Positions 29,342-39,260 are shown, counted from the first letter of the stretch. The stretch: 64,000 bases of DNA from Chitinophagales bacterium (GCA_038251405.1 JBBSBH010000001.1:49125-113124); one strand, 5' to 3'. Numbers and translations are program-made. Notes: generated by a model from the sequence alone, not told the origin.

Positions 29342-31852
29342 TCATGATTTTGAATTTTTCTTTAAGGCTAGCAGATTAGCAAATAATCTATATGCTCCGG
29401 GTATACCCTGCGGTAATTGTCTAAAAAAGGCTAAGCTGGTATACACCAGGTTTCCATCACCATATTTAGCTACCAATATGCCTCCATCAAGAGGAGATTC
29501 CCCCCTGTCATTTGCCGAAAGTATAGCATCAAAATGTGCTTTATCCCAATCTGATGGATAGTACAGTCCTCGCTCCTGCACCCAGCCTTCAAAATCTTTA
29601 TTCGTAATTTTATTCGGATTATTTAGTACTGCATGATCAGGTTTTAGAATACGCATTTCTGCATTTTCTTCGGACACGCGATCTCTTCCCAAAGTAAGTT
29701 TATAAGGTGATATATCGGATGTAACCATTCTGAAATTGGTATTGTATTGAATCAGTAAGTTGCCACCTTGCTGTACATATTTCATCAGGTTAGGTTGGGC
29801 ATTTTTAAGCTTTTCCACGGTATTGTAAGCTCTGATTCCTAAAATCACGGCATCGTACCTGGAAAGTGTTTCCACATTTAGATCATTTTCAGAAAGTATG
29901 TTTACATGATAGCCTACTTCACTCAGGCATTGGGCAATTTCATCACCAGCACCATTAATATAAGCTATTTTATCAGGTCCTTTTTTTAGATCCATTCTAA
30001 GCACTTTTGCAAAGCTTGGCTTTTGTACCATTTGATAAGGAATATGCTCATAATTAATTATTATCAATTGTTTATCATAGGATTTTTCTCCCACCTGTAT
30101 GCTTGCTTGGAGTGTACCTTCTCCAATTTGATGTGGAGGATATACCAGGAAAGAATAATCTGATTCAGTGCCTTTACCTGTTAAATTTACCGGAATAGAC
30201 ATAGGCTCATACTTCCATCCTGGAGGAAGATTCAAGGACAAAGCACCATTTAGTTCATCGGAGGCTGAGCGAACAGTAACATTTACTTTTTTTGGATCAT
30301 TGTCGCTAAAGGCATAAGTGGAATTATCTAAATTGACGAATGCGGGCACAGTGATCTCGAATGGCCTGTATAATTCTCCCTTTGCCGGATCTACCCATTT
30401 ATATACTATATTTTTTTCAATGGTGATGGGAGTGCCTTCTACATTTATATCAATGTATGCTTTAGCTATTGGAGGTGTCAATGGCAAGCCCCTCAATAGC
30501 TGATTATCTACTTTGTACATTCCTTCTTCACCGGTTTCAGCGAGCCAATAGTGACCCGTATTACCTGCATCAGCAGGGATCATCACTTTCCGTTGATATT
30601 TCCAATCTTTGTTTTGAGATAAGTTTACAATGCCTACTGTATCTGCATCTTTCACCGGAGAAAATCTCAGCGCAGTTAATTTGATACTGGCATTGCTCCG
30701 ATTTATAATTTCTGCAATGAAATTTGTGCTTTCACCAGGTGCCACGGCATGAATAGAACTGGTCACATCAATATACATTCCTGCACAATCCTGAATGATT
30801 TTAATTATTTCATCAGATTTAATTTTCTTCCAATAAGTATCGGGTAGCGCTTGAATTTTTTGATATGCTTTTGTTAGCTTTGGAATAGATGCAGCAGGGT
30901 TTTCATAGCTAAATGTTTTATCTATATCATCAAACACGGGGATTAAACTGGCGCCTCCTTTTACTCTGTTCCAGGTGATGTCTATTCCGGCAAATGGACT
31001 ATCCAGGTTTTTTGGATAATCTCCTTTTAGTACTTCAAGGTATTCATCAGAACTACCTCTGTTGCCAGATGAGCCCATGCCCTGGCACCGATGCATGCTG
31101 CGACTCTCGCTGGCTATCTCCCCATTTGATTTTCCAAGCCATGGATAGAAGACACCAGCATCTACTGTCACCATTTTTGATTTGTCCATTTTGTTAAATG
31201 CTTCTTCGCTTCCAAAAAACCACCAAAAGGTATTGAAATACAGCCGCTTGGGCTGCCAGGTCTCTACGTATTTTAATTGCTCTGGGAAAATGCTTTTATT
31301 ATTGCTCAGATCAAATGCCTCACTGGATAAAATAGCTGATGAGACATGATGACCATGGTTAGGTCTTACCGTGTCTGTATTGAAACGATTAATAATAATA
31401 TCAGGTTTATAATTTCTAATTTGCCAAACTATATCACTTAAGACAGCATCCCGATTCCAAATTTTCATAGTTTCAGAAGCTTTTTTAGAATATCCAAAAT
31501 CATTGGCACGGGTAAAGAGTTGATTGCCTCCATCCACTCCTCTGGCTTGTAATAATTCATTTGTTCTGATTACCCCTAATAGGTCTTCTGTCTCCGGGCC
31601 TATTAGATTTTGTCCCCCGTCACCCCGAGTCATGGAGAGGTAATAAACATTGGCTTTGTATTGATTTGCAAAAAGAGATATAAGCCTGGTGTTTTCATCA
31701 TCAGGATGTGCTGCAACATAAAATACATTGGCCAATACATTGAGCTTTTTAATGCTTTGATGAATATCCGCTGTGGTGACTTTTTTAGGTGCTTGTGATA
31801 TACTTAGATTCACTAAGCAGAGTGCGATTGACAAAAACATTAACTTCTTCAT
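29342..31852 (-). CDS. PIG-L/LmbE-family deacetylase, large multidomain exported protein
   Basis: The ORF track gives 29342..31882. I prefer Met11 (MKKLMFLSIALCLVNLSISQ signal). It has the AHPDDE motif and HGHH, and a GATase1/ThuA-like C-terminal region (YDAVILGIRAYN...GGNLLIQY). Confidence 0.8.
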   Translation of the reverse strand: MKKLMFLSIALCLVNLSISQAPKKVTTADIHQSIKKLNVLANVFYVAAHPDDENTRLISLFANQYKANVYYLSMTRGDGGQNLIGPETEDLLGVIRTNELLQARGVDGGNQLFTRANDFGYSKKASETMKIWNRDAVLSDIVWQIRNYKPDIIINRFNTDTVRPNHGHHVSSAILSSEAFDLSNNKSIFPEQLKYVETWQPKRLYFNTFWWFFGSEEAFNKMDKSKMVTVDAGVFYPWLGKSNGEIASESRSMHRCQGMGSSGNRGSSDEYLEVLKGDYPKNLDSPFAGIDITWNRVKGGASLIPVFDDIDKTFSYENPAASIPKLTKAYQKIQALPDTYWKKIKSDEIIKIIQDCAGMYIDVTSSIHAVAPGESTNFIAEIINRSNASIKLTALRFSPVKDADTVGIVNLSQNKDWKYQRKVMIPADAGNTGHYWLAETGEEGMYKVDNQLLRGLPLTPPIAKAYIDINVEGTPITIEKNIVYKWVDPAKGELYRPFEITVPAFVNLDNSTYAFSDNDPKKVNVTVRSASDELNGALSLNLPPGWKYEPMSIPVNLTGKGTESDYSFLVYPPHQIGEGTLQASIQVGEKSYDKQLIIINYEHIPYQMVQKPSFAKVLRMDLKKGPDKIAYINGAGDEIAQCLSEVGYHVNILSENDLNVETLSRYDAVILGIRAYNTVEKLKNAQPNLMKYVQQGGNLLIQYNTNFRMVTSDISPYKLTLGRDRVSEENAEMRILKPDHAVLNNPNKITNKDFEGWVQERGLYYPSDWDKAHFDAILSANDRGESPLDGGILVAKYGDGNLVYTSLAFFRQLPQGIPGAYRLFANLLALKKNSKS

Positions 31853-32164
31853 CTGTGCAAGATTATAAATATAAGAAATCAAAAGTAGTAAAACCTGTAA
31901 ACCTTCTTCATTAAGGAAAGCTTAAAAAAGCCTAAGACTTAATAATTTAGTTCTTTGTGAATCATTTTACAAATGACTCTCTTAATTGAGTAGAGGACTG
32001 ACAAGGGGATAAGGACAATATACTAAATAATTTCAAATCAAATTTTATACGGGTTCTTCACACTTTTAATTTCAAGTCAGGCTTATTCCATAAAATTTTA
32101 TCATATTTATGCTTTATTTTAATTGAATATTAGGATAAAGCTTGTTGATCTTATCTCGCTATAT

Positions 32165-34123
32165 ATGACCCATTCTCAATCGAAGCATTCCAACTGGACA
32201 ATTGGAGGATTATTAATCGCATTAGGAATCGTTTTTGGCGATATTGGTACTTCACCCCTTTATGTAATACAGGCTATTGTAGGTGATCGATTAGTTTCAA
32301 AAGAATTATTATATGGCGGAGTGTCCTGTGTGTTTTGGACACTTTTGATAGTATCTACCATAAAATATGTTTACCTGGCTCTTAATGCTGATAATAAGGG
32401 GGAGGGAGGGATTTTTGCTTTGTATGCCCGGGTAAGGAGGTACAATCAAAAGCTGGTGATTTATCCAGCGATGATAGGATGTGCGACCCTTATTGCCGAT
32501 GGTTTTATTACACCACCGGTTTCTATTTCTTCTGCTGTAGAAGGAATTCATGTGCTGTACCCTTCATTATCTATCAACACTATTCCTATAGTAATTGGTA
32601 TTATTATATTGCTATTTATGTTTCAACAGGTTGGAACCAAGGTAGTAGGAATGGCTTTTGGTCCTATCATGACAATTTGGTTTGTCATGTTGGGCATTCT
32701 GGGGTTTAAGGAAATCTTACTTTATCCTTCGATATTAAAAGCAATTAATCCAATGTATGCAGTAGATTTACTAACTAGGTATCCAAAAGGATTTTGGTTA
32801 TTAGGTTCGGTGTTTTTGTGTACTACAGGAGCCGAAGCTTTGTATTCGGATTTAGGCCATTGTGGAAAAATGAATATCAGAATTAGCTGGACTTTAGTTT
32901 GGGTGATGCTTTTATTGAATTATTTCGGCCAATCGGCATGGACACTAAATCATTTGGAGGGAAATTTAATAGGAGAAAACCAACGCATATTTTATTCATT
33001 AATGCCAGAATGGTTTCTGCCCGCAGGACTTGTAATAGCTACTTTGGCAGCGATTATTGCGAGCCAGGCATTGATCTCTGGTGTATTTACATTAGTGAAT
33101 GAGGCCATGAAGCTAAAGCTTTGGTTGAAGATGAAAGTAAATTACCCTTCGGACTGGAAAGGTCAGATTTATATTCCCGGGATAAATTGGATGTTGATGA
33201 TTGGCTGTTTAGTGGTAGTATTTATTTTTAAAACTTCTTCCAAAATGGAAGCTGCTTATGGAATGGCTATTATTATTGATATGATGATGACCTCTCTATT
33301 ATTAGGTTTTTTTTACCGGATTCAGACCCATCAGTTTTTATTGCCATTTATAGGGACTGTATTTTTACTCGGAATTGAAATTGTCTTTTTAATAGCCAAT
33401 CTAGACAAATTTATGCATGGAGGATATTTTACATTTATCATTGCTTTTTTTATCACCAGCATAGTATTCATATTATATTTTGCAAATAGAATAAGGCATC
33501 GACTGGCCAGGTTTGTGCCCTTAAATGATTACAAAGAGATCATTGATAAATTGAATGACGATACTACGATTGCTAAAGAAGCAAGCCACCTGGTATATCT
33601 TGCATTGACAGAGAGTGATCGCAAAATAGACACGAATATTATTCATTCTATCCTCAAGAAAAAACCAAAGCGGGCAGATGTCTATTGGTTTGTTCATATA
33701 GAGACTACCGATGAGCCATATACCCGTACTTATCATGTGGATACGGTAGTGCCTCGCGAAATGTTTTTTATAAAGCTGAAGTTGGGATTTAAAGTAGAAC
33801 AAACTACTAATAGTATGTTTTTCAAAATAGTAAAGGACATGGCTGCTAATGGAGAAGTGGACATAAAAAGCCCTTATGCGGCACTTAAGGATTTAGATCA
33901 AATGGGTGATTTTAAGTTCATCATTACTCACAATAGGGTAGCGGTAGATAGTGAGTTGTCCGATTTTGAAAGATGGATTGTAAGAAGCTACCGATTAATT
34001 AAAAGATTTAGTCTTTCTGCTATTGAAGACTATGGCCTGGAAACGGCTAATGTGCAGGAGGAACAGATACCCATATATGTAGGTACAAAAAAGGAAGTAC
34101 TATTGACCAGAGAGGAAGACTAG
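32165..34123 (+). CDS. kup: KUP/HAK/KT potassium transporter
   Basis: The ORF track starts at 32123. The in-frame ATG at 32165 gives MTHSQSKHSNWTIGGLLIALGIVFGDIGTSPLY, a typical Kup N-terminus. Confidence 0.88.
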   Translation: MTHSQSKHSNWTIGGLLIALGIVFGDIGTSPLYVIQAIVGDRLVSKELLYGGVSCVFWTLLIVSTIKYVYLALNADNKGEGGIFALYARVRRYNQKLVIYPAMIGCATLIADGFITPPVSISSAVEGIHVLYPSLSINTIPIVIGIIILLFMFQQVGTKVVGMAFGPIMTIWFVMLGILGFKEILLYPSILKAINPMYAVDLLTRYPKGFWLLGSVFLCTTGAEALYSDLGHCGKMNIRISWTLVWVMLLLNYFGQSAWTLNHLEGNLIGENQRIFYSLMPEWFLPAGLVIATLAAIIASQALISGVFTLVNEAMKLKLWLKMKVNYPSDWKGQIYIPGINWMLMIGCLVVVFIFKTSSKMEAAYGMAIIIDMMMTSLLLGFFYRIQTHQFLLPFIGTVFLLGIEIVFLIANLDKFMHGGYFTFIIAFFITSIVFILYFANRIRHRLARFVPLNDYKEIIDKLNDDTTIAKEASHLVYLALTESDRKIDTNIIHSILKKKPKRADVYWFVHIETTDEPYTRTYHVDTVVPREMFFIKLKLGFKVEQTTNSMFFKIVKDMAANGEVDIKSPYAALKDLDQMGDFKFIITHNRVAVDSELSDFERWIVRSYRLIKRFSLSAIEDYGLETANVQEEQIPIYVGTKKEVLLTREED

Positions 34124-34184
34124 TACATGGGAGATATTTTAAATCTTCCTGAGACAAATTGGGCAAATTTTTTATATTCACTTT

Positions 34185-35387
34185 ATGAATAAAAATTACC
34201 GAATCGTTTTATCCATCATGATGTTTCTTCAGTTTTTTATCTGGGGAGCATGGTATGGTCAGATGAGTAAATATATGTTTACCCAGTTGGGAGCTTCGGG
34301 CATCCAGGTAGGTAATGCTTATTCTGCTTTTTCTATTGCTATGATAGTAGCGCCATTTTTTATTGGTATGATTGCTGATCGGTATTTTGCTGCTCAGAAA
34401 GTATTAGGAGTCCTTAATATTCTTGGTGCCCTGGTTTTGTTTTTCCTGATTAAAGAAAAGGAGGCAGGTAATTTCTTTTGGTGGATTCTTGCATATTGCC
34501 TGACTTTTGCACCCACCATTGCGCTTACATCTTCCATTTCCATGTCCCATATGGCTGATCCTGCAAAAGAGTTTCCAACCATACGTGTGATGGGGACGCT
34601 CGCCTGGTTCGTGGTGACTAATTTTGTCGGTTTTATGGGAGCTGGAGACAAATCAACTATTTTTTATATATCCATGATTGCTTCACTCGTTTTAGGAGTT
34701 TACTCTTTCTTTTTACCGGACACACCTCCAAAGGCAACGGACAAACCATCCTTCGCTCAGATCATTGGTAAAGACGCATTCGTTTTATTTAAGGACCGAT
34801 CTTATTTGATATTCTTCTTTTCGTCTATTTTGATTTGCATTCCACTTTCTTTTTATTATGCCATGGCTAACCCCGCACTTACAGATGCCGGGCTTACCAA
34901 TGTGGAAAATATTATGTCTTTAGGATTATTATCTGAGTTTGTTTTTATGTTGGCCTTGCCCTTTGCAATGCGTAAATATGGAGTGAAATGGATCTTGATT
35001 ATAGGGCTTATTGGTTGGATCATAAGATTTTTCTTATTCTCGAATGGTAATAGTGGCCCTGGTCTATGGATGTTTTATATAGCCATTCTCTTACATGGCT
35101 TGTGTTTTGATTTTTTCTTTGTTACCGGTATGATTTATACAGACTCCAAGGCCGATAAAAAAATTAAAAGTCAGGCTCAGGGATTGATATCATTTGCTAC
35201 CTATGGTGTAGGCATGTATATCGGATCTATACTGGCTGGTATAGTGACTGAAAAGTATACTGTTAACGGAGTAAAAGATTGGGGATCTATTTGGGTCATT
35301 CCTTCTATGATTTCAGCTGTGGTACTTTTACTTTTTATTCTATTCTTTAATGAAAAAAAAGCACCTAACCCATCATTTATCCAATAG
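34185..35387 (+). CDS. MFS nucleoside:H+ symporter-type permease (NupG/XapB-like)
   Basis: 400 aa with 12 TM segments. The N-terminus reads RIVLSIMMFLQFFIWGAWYG. Confidence 0.7.
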   Translation: MNKNYRIVLSIMMFLQFFIWGAWYGQMSKYMFTQLGASGIQVGNAYSAFSIAMIVAPFFIGMIADRYFAAQKVLGVLNILGALVLFFLIKEKEAGNFFWWILAYCLTFAPTIALTSSISMSHMADPAKEFPTIRVMGTLAWFVVTNFVGFMGAGDKSTIFYISMIASLVLGVYSFFLPDTPPKATDKPSFAQIIGKDAFVLFKDRSYLIFFFSSILICIPLSFYYAMANPALTDAGLTNVENIMSLGLLSEFVFMLALPFAMRKYGVKWILIIGLIGWIIRFFLFSNGNSGPGLWMFYIAILLHGLCFDFFFVTGMIYTDSKADKKIKSQAQGLISFATYGVGMYIGSILAGIVTEKYTVNGVKDWGSIWVIPSMISAVVLLLFILFFNEKKAPNPSFIQ

Positions 35388-35390
35388 ACC

Positions 35391-36716
35391 TTATTTGAAA
35401 GTCAATGCCGCCGTAATGATATTGGATTTCAGATCAGTAGATCTTTCATAATGAGCCCACCTGATTTCGAGCTCTTTAAAAGAATGAATGCCCATCACAC
35501 CATTTTTAGGGAATAGTCTGACGCCTAGTCCAAATTGGCGACTAGATAGCTTAGACAAATCGTAGTCACTGGTGTAAAACTGATCCTCTACAGAATGTTG
35601 GTGATTGGGTGCGAAATAGGACACTCCATTCTGAGTATAGTATCTATAGAAAGGAATCAGGGTAGTAAAGGGTGAAACTTTTAGTGCCAATTCCAAATTG
35701 GCAGTATGAGCTTTCAATTTCCAATCATCCTGATAGTATCTATAATATGAACGAATAACCAGGAAATCAGATAGAAAATAGGATGCTCTAAAACTCATGG
35801 GTAATTTTAATCGTTTATCAGGCAGATTTTCAGGTAATGAGCTCCCTTCTGAAAAATTTACCCGTTGATATTTGGTGGCGAGCAAACCTTTTTGAAAGGA
35901 AGGTTCTACCATCAGACCGATTTGCAATCTTTTATTAATTACCTGATTGAATGTTAGCCCTGTATTGAACGTATTCCTGGGTGCATGATCAAGCAAATGT
36001 TTATCTCGCTCTCCACCATACGGATAATTGGCTGGCCTTAACTCGGCCGGGTAAATGAGGAGCCATTCATCTAAAAATGCACCAAGATTCAAGGCCAAAT
36101 CCGTGTTTTTACTCTTAGAAGATTTGGCAATATTAAATGTAGCTCCTCTTGAATGGTAGTCATATTCAGTAGAATAAGAAAGTCCTGCGCCTATCGTCAA
36201 GCCAGTGGTTTGTGATTCCATCGACCACCCTATGGAAGGATAAAACCTATGATCTCTAAATGAGGCTGAAGTGACCGCTTCGGTTCCTCCAAATGTTGAT
36301 ACAGTTGTAGTAGATGAAATACTGGAAGCTCCTGAGTTTCCATGCCTCTCATGTTGCTGGGTAACTACTTTTGTAAACCCTACCCAATTTGTTGCGGTAT
36401 CGATCTTATCGCTGGAAGCACTGGTATACGCGTCGAACCCAATACCTATCGAAATTCTATGTTTATTCCCTGATGGGAGCACTTTTAAAAGTTTAAGGTC
36501 AAAATTATTAGAGTTGTCTGTTAATCGTTCACTGCCCGTGCCGCCTGTGACTGCAGAGTGATTTCCATTCTGAGAATAGTAAGAGCTTACCAGGTTTATT
36601 TCCTCTATTTTTAATGGCTTAGCCTTGTACGGTTCTTCGGTTTGTTTTGATTCCTGGGCATGCCCCAGTAGCATTCCAAGGAAAAAAGCTAAGCCCGAAA
36701 GTGATATTTTAATCAT
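35391..36716 (-). CDS. DUF3570 domain protein (predicted exported, beta-rich)
   Basis: 441 aa with a signal peptide and the C-terminal strand ITAALTFK. It contains SGAS/TSAS motifs (GNSGASS, DAYTSAS, EAVTSAS). It is the last gene of the trx-apbE-DUF4266 cluster. Confidence 0.7.
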   Translation of the reverse strand: MIKISLSGLAFFLGMLLGHAQESKQTEEPYKAKPLKIEEINLVSSYYSQNGNHSAVTGGTGSERLTDNSNNFDLKLLKVLPSGNKHRISIGIGFDAYTSASSDKIDTATNWVGFTKVVTQQHERHGNSGASSISSTTTVSTFGGTEAVTSASFRDHRFYPSIGWSMESQTTGLTIGAGLSYSTEYDYHSRGATFNIAKSSKSKNTDLALNLGAFLDEWLLIYPAELRPANYPYGGERDKHLLDHAPRNTFNTGLTFNQVINKRLQIGLMVEPSFQKGLLATKYQRVNFSEGSSLPENLPDKRLKLPMSFRASYFLSDFLVIRSYYRYYQDDWKLKAHTANLELALKVSPFTTLIPFYRYYTQNGVSYFAPNHQHSVEDQFYTSDYDLSKLSSRQFGLGVRLFPKNGVMGIHSFKELEIRWAHYERSTDLKSNIITAALTFK

Positions 36717-36751
36717 GCTTATTCCAGTTCAATAGTTGGTGTATTATTATT

Positions 36752-36973
36752 TTAATTGCAGCCACAGCCACCTCCAGATTTTCCCCCGTTAGCACCTGAG
36801 GCTCCTTCCCGGTAAAGCTGAGCATTTTGCTCAAACTTTTCAGATTTACGAGCAGCCAGGATCATATCGGCATCGTTTAAATATTGCTTTTGATAGGGCT
36901 TCACAGTAATACATGAACTAACCAGCATGCATACCAATACCCCCCAGATGAACAGACTTAATTTTAATTTCAT
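36752..36973 (-). CDS. DUF4266 small lipoprotein
   Basis: 73 aa with lipobox LVSSCITVKPYQKQYL. The C-terminus is Gly-rich and ends GGGCGCN. Confidence 0.7.
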   Translation of the reverse strand: MKLKLSLFIWGVLVCMLVSSCITVKPYQKQYLNDADMILAARKSEKFEQNAQLYREGASGANGGKSGGGCGCN

Positions 36974-37917
36974 TAGTAGATGATATTTATATTTTTTGAA
37001 GTAAACATGGTATTGCTTTCATCAATGATGATGCAACCCATATGCTTGATCTGGTTGATCATATGAAGACCCCTTGCAACTCCCATTACCATTACGGGGG
37101 TAGTGAAGGCATCACATAATTCTGCATTTGGCGTCACAATAGTAACACTCTTAATACCCTGTACCGGGTACCCGGTATGGGGATCTATGGTATGAGCATA
37201 TCGCTTGCCATCAATCATCACAAATTTTTCATAATTACCAGAGGTAGCAATACTCATATCATGTAATTCCATGTATGAAAAGGAATCCAGTCGGGTATTG
37301 GGATCAGCTATTCCTATCGACCAGGGCAGTCCATCCGGCTGGCGGCCCCAGGTACATAAATCTCCTGATGCATTGATAATTCCAGAAGAAATGCCATTTC
37401 TTAATAAGACATTTTTTGCACATTCAGCGGCATATCCTTTGCCTATGCCACCAAATCCAATGCGCATGCCTTTGAGTCGAAGAAATACGGAATGGCTTTC
37501 TGGCAATAGAATTACATTTTTATAATTGATCAATTTAACAGCCTGCTTAGCGAGGATAGAATCTGGTAAATGGTTCATGGTAGTATCAAAATTCCAGAAA
37601 CGTTTATCTATTGATCCATAAGTAATATCAAAAGCACCCTGCGTAATGGATGATATTCGCTGGGCTCGTTCGATTAAGTCGAACACTTCTTTATCTATTG
37701 CAACTGCTTGGATGCCAGCCATTTTGTTGATTTGATTAGTTTGACTGTCTTCTGAAAATGTGGTTAATAACTTTTCTATTCGTTTTATTTCATTGATCCC
37801 TTTTTGAATGCAGATTTCACCCAGTGTTGAATTGTCGGCTACAACGGTTATCTCAAAATGATTTCCCATCAGCCGGGCTGTAGATTTACAAATAACTTTT
37901 TCTAAAGCAGTAATCAT
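36973..37917 (-). CDS. apbE: FAD:protein FMN transferase (ApbE/Ftp family)
   Basis: The ORF track gives 36973..37992. Met26 (37917) begins 4 nt after the thioredoxin stop. Contains RLMGNHFEITVV, AFDITYG, GFGGIGKGYAAE, ASGD, YAHTIDPHTGYP and TDA-like residues. I see no obvious signal peptide at either start. Confidence 0.85.
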   Translation of the reverse strand: MITALEKVICKSTARLMGNHFEITVVADNSTLGEICIQKGINEIKRIEKLLTTFSEDSQTNQINKMAGIQAVAIDKEVFDLIERAQRISSITQGAFDITYGSIDKRFWNFDTTMNHLPDSILAKQAVKLINYKNVILLPESHSVFLRLKGMRIGFGGIGKGYAAECAKNVLLRNGISSGIINASGDLCTWGRQPDGLPWSIGIADPNTRLDSFSYMELHDMSIATSGNYEKFVMIDGKRYAHTIDPHTGYPVQGIKSVTIVTPNAELCDAFTTPVMVMGVARGLHMINQIKHMGCIIIDESNTMFTSKNINIIY

Positions 37918-37921
37918 ACTT

Positions 37922-38356
37922 CTAGTGAATAATGGCTTCCATTTTTTGAACAAAAGTGTATGCATTGCCCTTGTACAGACCTTCAAAAGCAACCAGGTTT
38001 TTGCCTTGCGGTGTCATGATAATAGTGTAAGGGAAAATTCCGTCCGGATTATATTTTTCTGCTAATTTATCATTTTGCTTAGCCTGGGACGGTGATAATG
38101 CATTCCTTTTTTGTCTTGGGAAATCAGCTTTTACCATTACCAGGTTCTTTTCCGCAAACTCCCTGAATACATCACTTTCAAAAATATCAGTTTCCATACG
38201 CATACAGGGAATACACCAATCTGATCCTGAGAAACTCAACAGTATGTATTTATTATTCTCGGAGGCTTCTTGTTTTGCCTCTTCAAAATTAGTATTCCAG
38301 GTACCGGATGGTCCAGTAAATAAAAAAGATGCTATAAATACCCAGATCATTTTCAT
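37922..38356 (-). CDS. Exported thioredoxin-fold protein (CxxC)
   Basis: The ORF track reaches 38392. Met13 gives the signal MKMIWVFIASFLF. The active site reads FSGSDWCIPCMRME. Confidence 0.8.
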   Translation of the reverse strand: MKMIWVFIASFLFTGPSGTWNTNFEEAKQEASENNKYILLSFSGSDWCIPCMRMETDIFESDVFREFAEKNLVMVKADFPRQKRNALSPSQAKQNDKLAEKYNPDGIFPYTIIMTPQGKNLVAFEGLYKGNAYTFVQKMEAIIH

Positions 38357-38414
38357 TAAATCATAGGTACAAGAATTTACGGGAGGTTGCACTTGGTAAA
38401 AGCTAATATTTTAA

Positions 38415-38451
38415 TTAACGATCATTTAACCCTCGTTTAACGCTGCTTAAC
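38415..38451. promoter_or_regulatory. Four phased TTAAC direct repeats (11, 11 and 10 bp apart) in a divergent intergenic region
   Basis: TTAAC occurs at 38415, 38426, 38437 and 38447, read directly. The region lies between the trx-apbE operon start and the 38508 gene. Confidence 0.35.
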
Positions 38452-38507
38452 ACCCGTGCTCCATCATATTGTTATGAATATTTTTTAACCAATTTAAATC
38501 TTTAATT

Positions 38508-39197
38508 ATGAAAACAAGATTTTTTACCACGATGATGCTCTCTTTGCTTAGTGTGTTTTTGTTTGCCGGCGATTTAGATGGCTATTGGCAGTGCGCCACT
38601 AATAATTCCCGGATTGAAGTGATATATACCCGCGATGGCATCAAGGTAAGATCCTTAGAAAGAGGTGGGGATAATTGGGACTATTATAGAAGCTATGGAA
38701 ATAATGCATACCGCGACGGATCAGGTAATTGCTATACTTTAAGAGGAAATAGTTTTGAATATTGCTCATTTGATAAACGAAACGTATATAATTTTGCCAG
38801 GTCCAATCGTGATTTCAGAAATGATTCCTGGAATAGTGAGGGGTACAATACAAATCGCGATAATGACTACAATGGCACAAACGGGGATAGAAGAGATCGG
38901 GAAAGCTGGAATAATTATTACGAAAATTTTGAAGGCAAATGGCACAATCATACTTCGGGCACGCATATACAGGTTGACCTAAAAAGAAGAAATCTTAGAA
39001 TTAAATTCCATGGTGACAGATGGTTTGATGTTTATGAGAGAAGTCGTGGACTATTTGTAGATCAAAAAGGAAATCAATTTGTATTTCGTGGAAATAATAT
39101 CGAATATCGATCCAATGATAATGACCTGGTGATGGTATTTTACAATGATGATAGATGCACCCATAGAGATGATTATCGCTCTGAATATTGGAGATAA
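38508..39197 (+). CDS. Secreted N/D/R/Y/W-rich protein with an internally duplicated ~75-aa domain
   Basis: 229 aa with a signal peptide. Repeat 1 runs GYWQCATNNSRIEVIY...RGNSFEYCSFD. Repeat 2 runs GKWHNHTSGTHIQVDL...RGNNIEYRSND. The two are joined by a low-complexity N/D/R linker. Confidence 0.6.
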   Translation: MKTRFFTTMMLSLLSVFLFAGDLDGYWQCATNNSRIEVIYTRDGIKVRSLERGGDNWDYYRSYGNNAYRDGSGNCYTLRGNSFEYCSFDKRNVYNFARSNRDFRNDSWNSEGYNTNRDNDYNGTNGDRRDRESWNNYYENFEGKWHNHTSGTHIQVDLKRRNLRIKFHGDRWFDVYERSRGLFVDQKGNQFVFRGNNIEYRSNDNDLVMVFYNDDRCTHRDDYRSEYWR

Positions 39198-39222
39198 AAT
39201 TTTAAGACTCGCTCAAAGCAAT

Positions 39223-39260
39223 AGCCTGGGGATGATTTTCTGAACCGGGCTATTTTTTTG
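39223..39260 (+). terminator. Rho-independent terminator after the 38508 gene
   Basis: AGCCTGG (39223-29) pairs with CCGGGCT (39246-52) with one G-U pair, followed by a T7 run at 39254-39260. Confidence 0.55.

Noticed and set aside
31883-32164. Possible c-di-AMP (ydaO-type) or other riboswitch in the 280-nt leader of kup
   Set aside because: I could not find the conserved ydaO-like cores (ACGGGG/CCCG pairings). The region is simply AT-rich. It would need cmscan to exclude formally.
38755-38982. ORFs 38755..38982 (+) and 38766..38966 (-) overlapping the secreted N/D/R-rich protein gene
   Set aside because: They are by-products of the strongly biased codon composition of the 38508..39197 gene.
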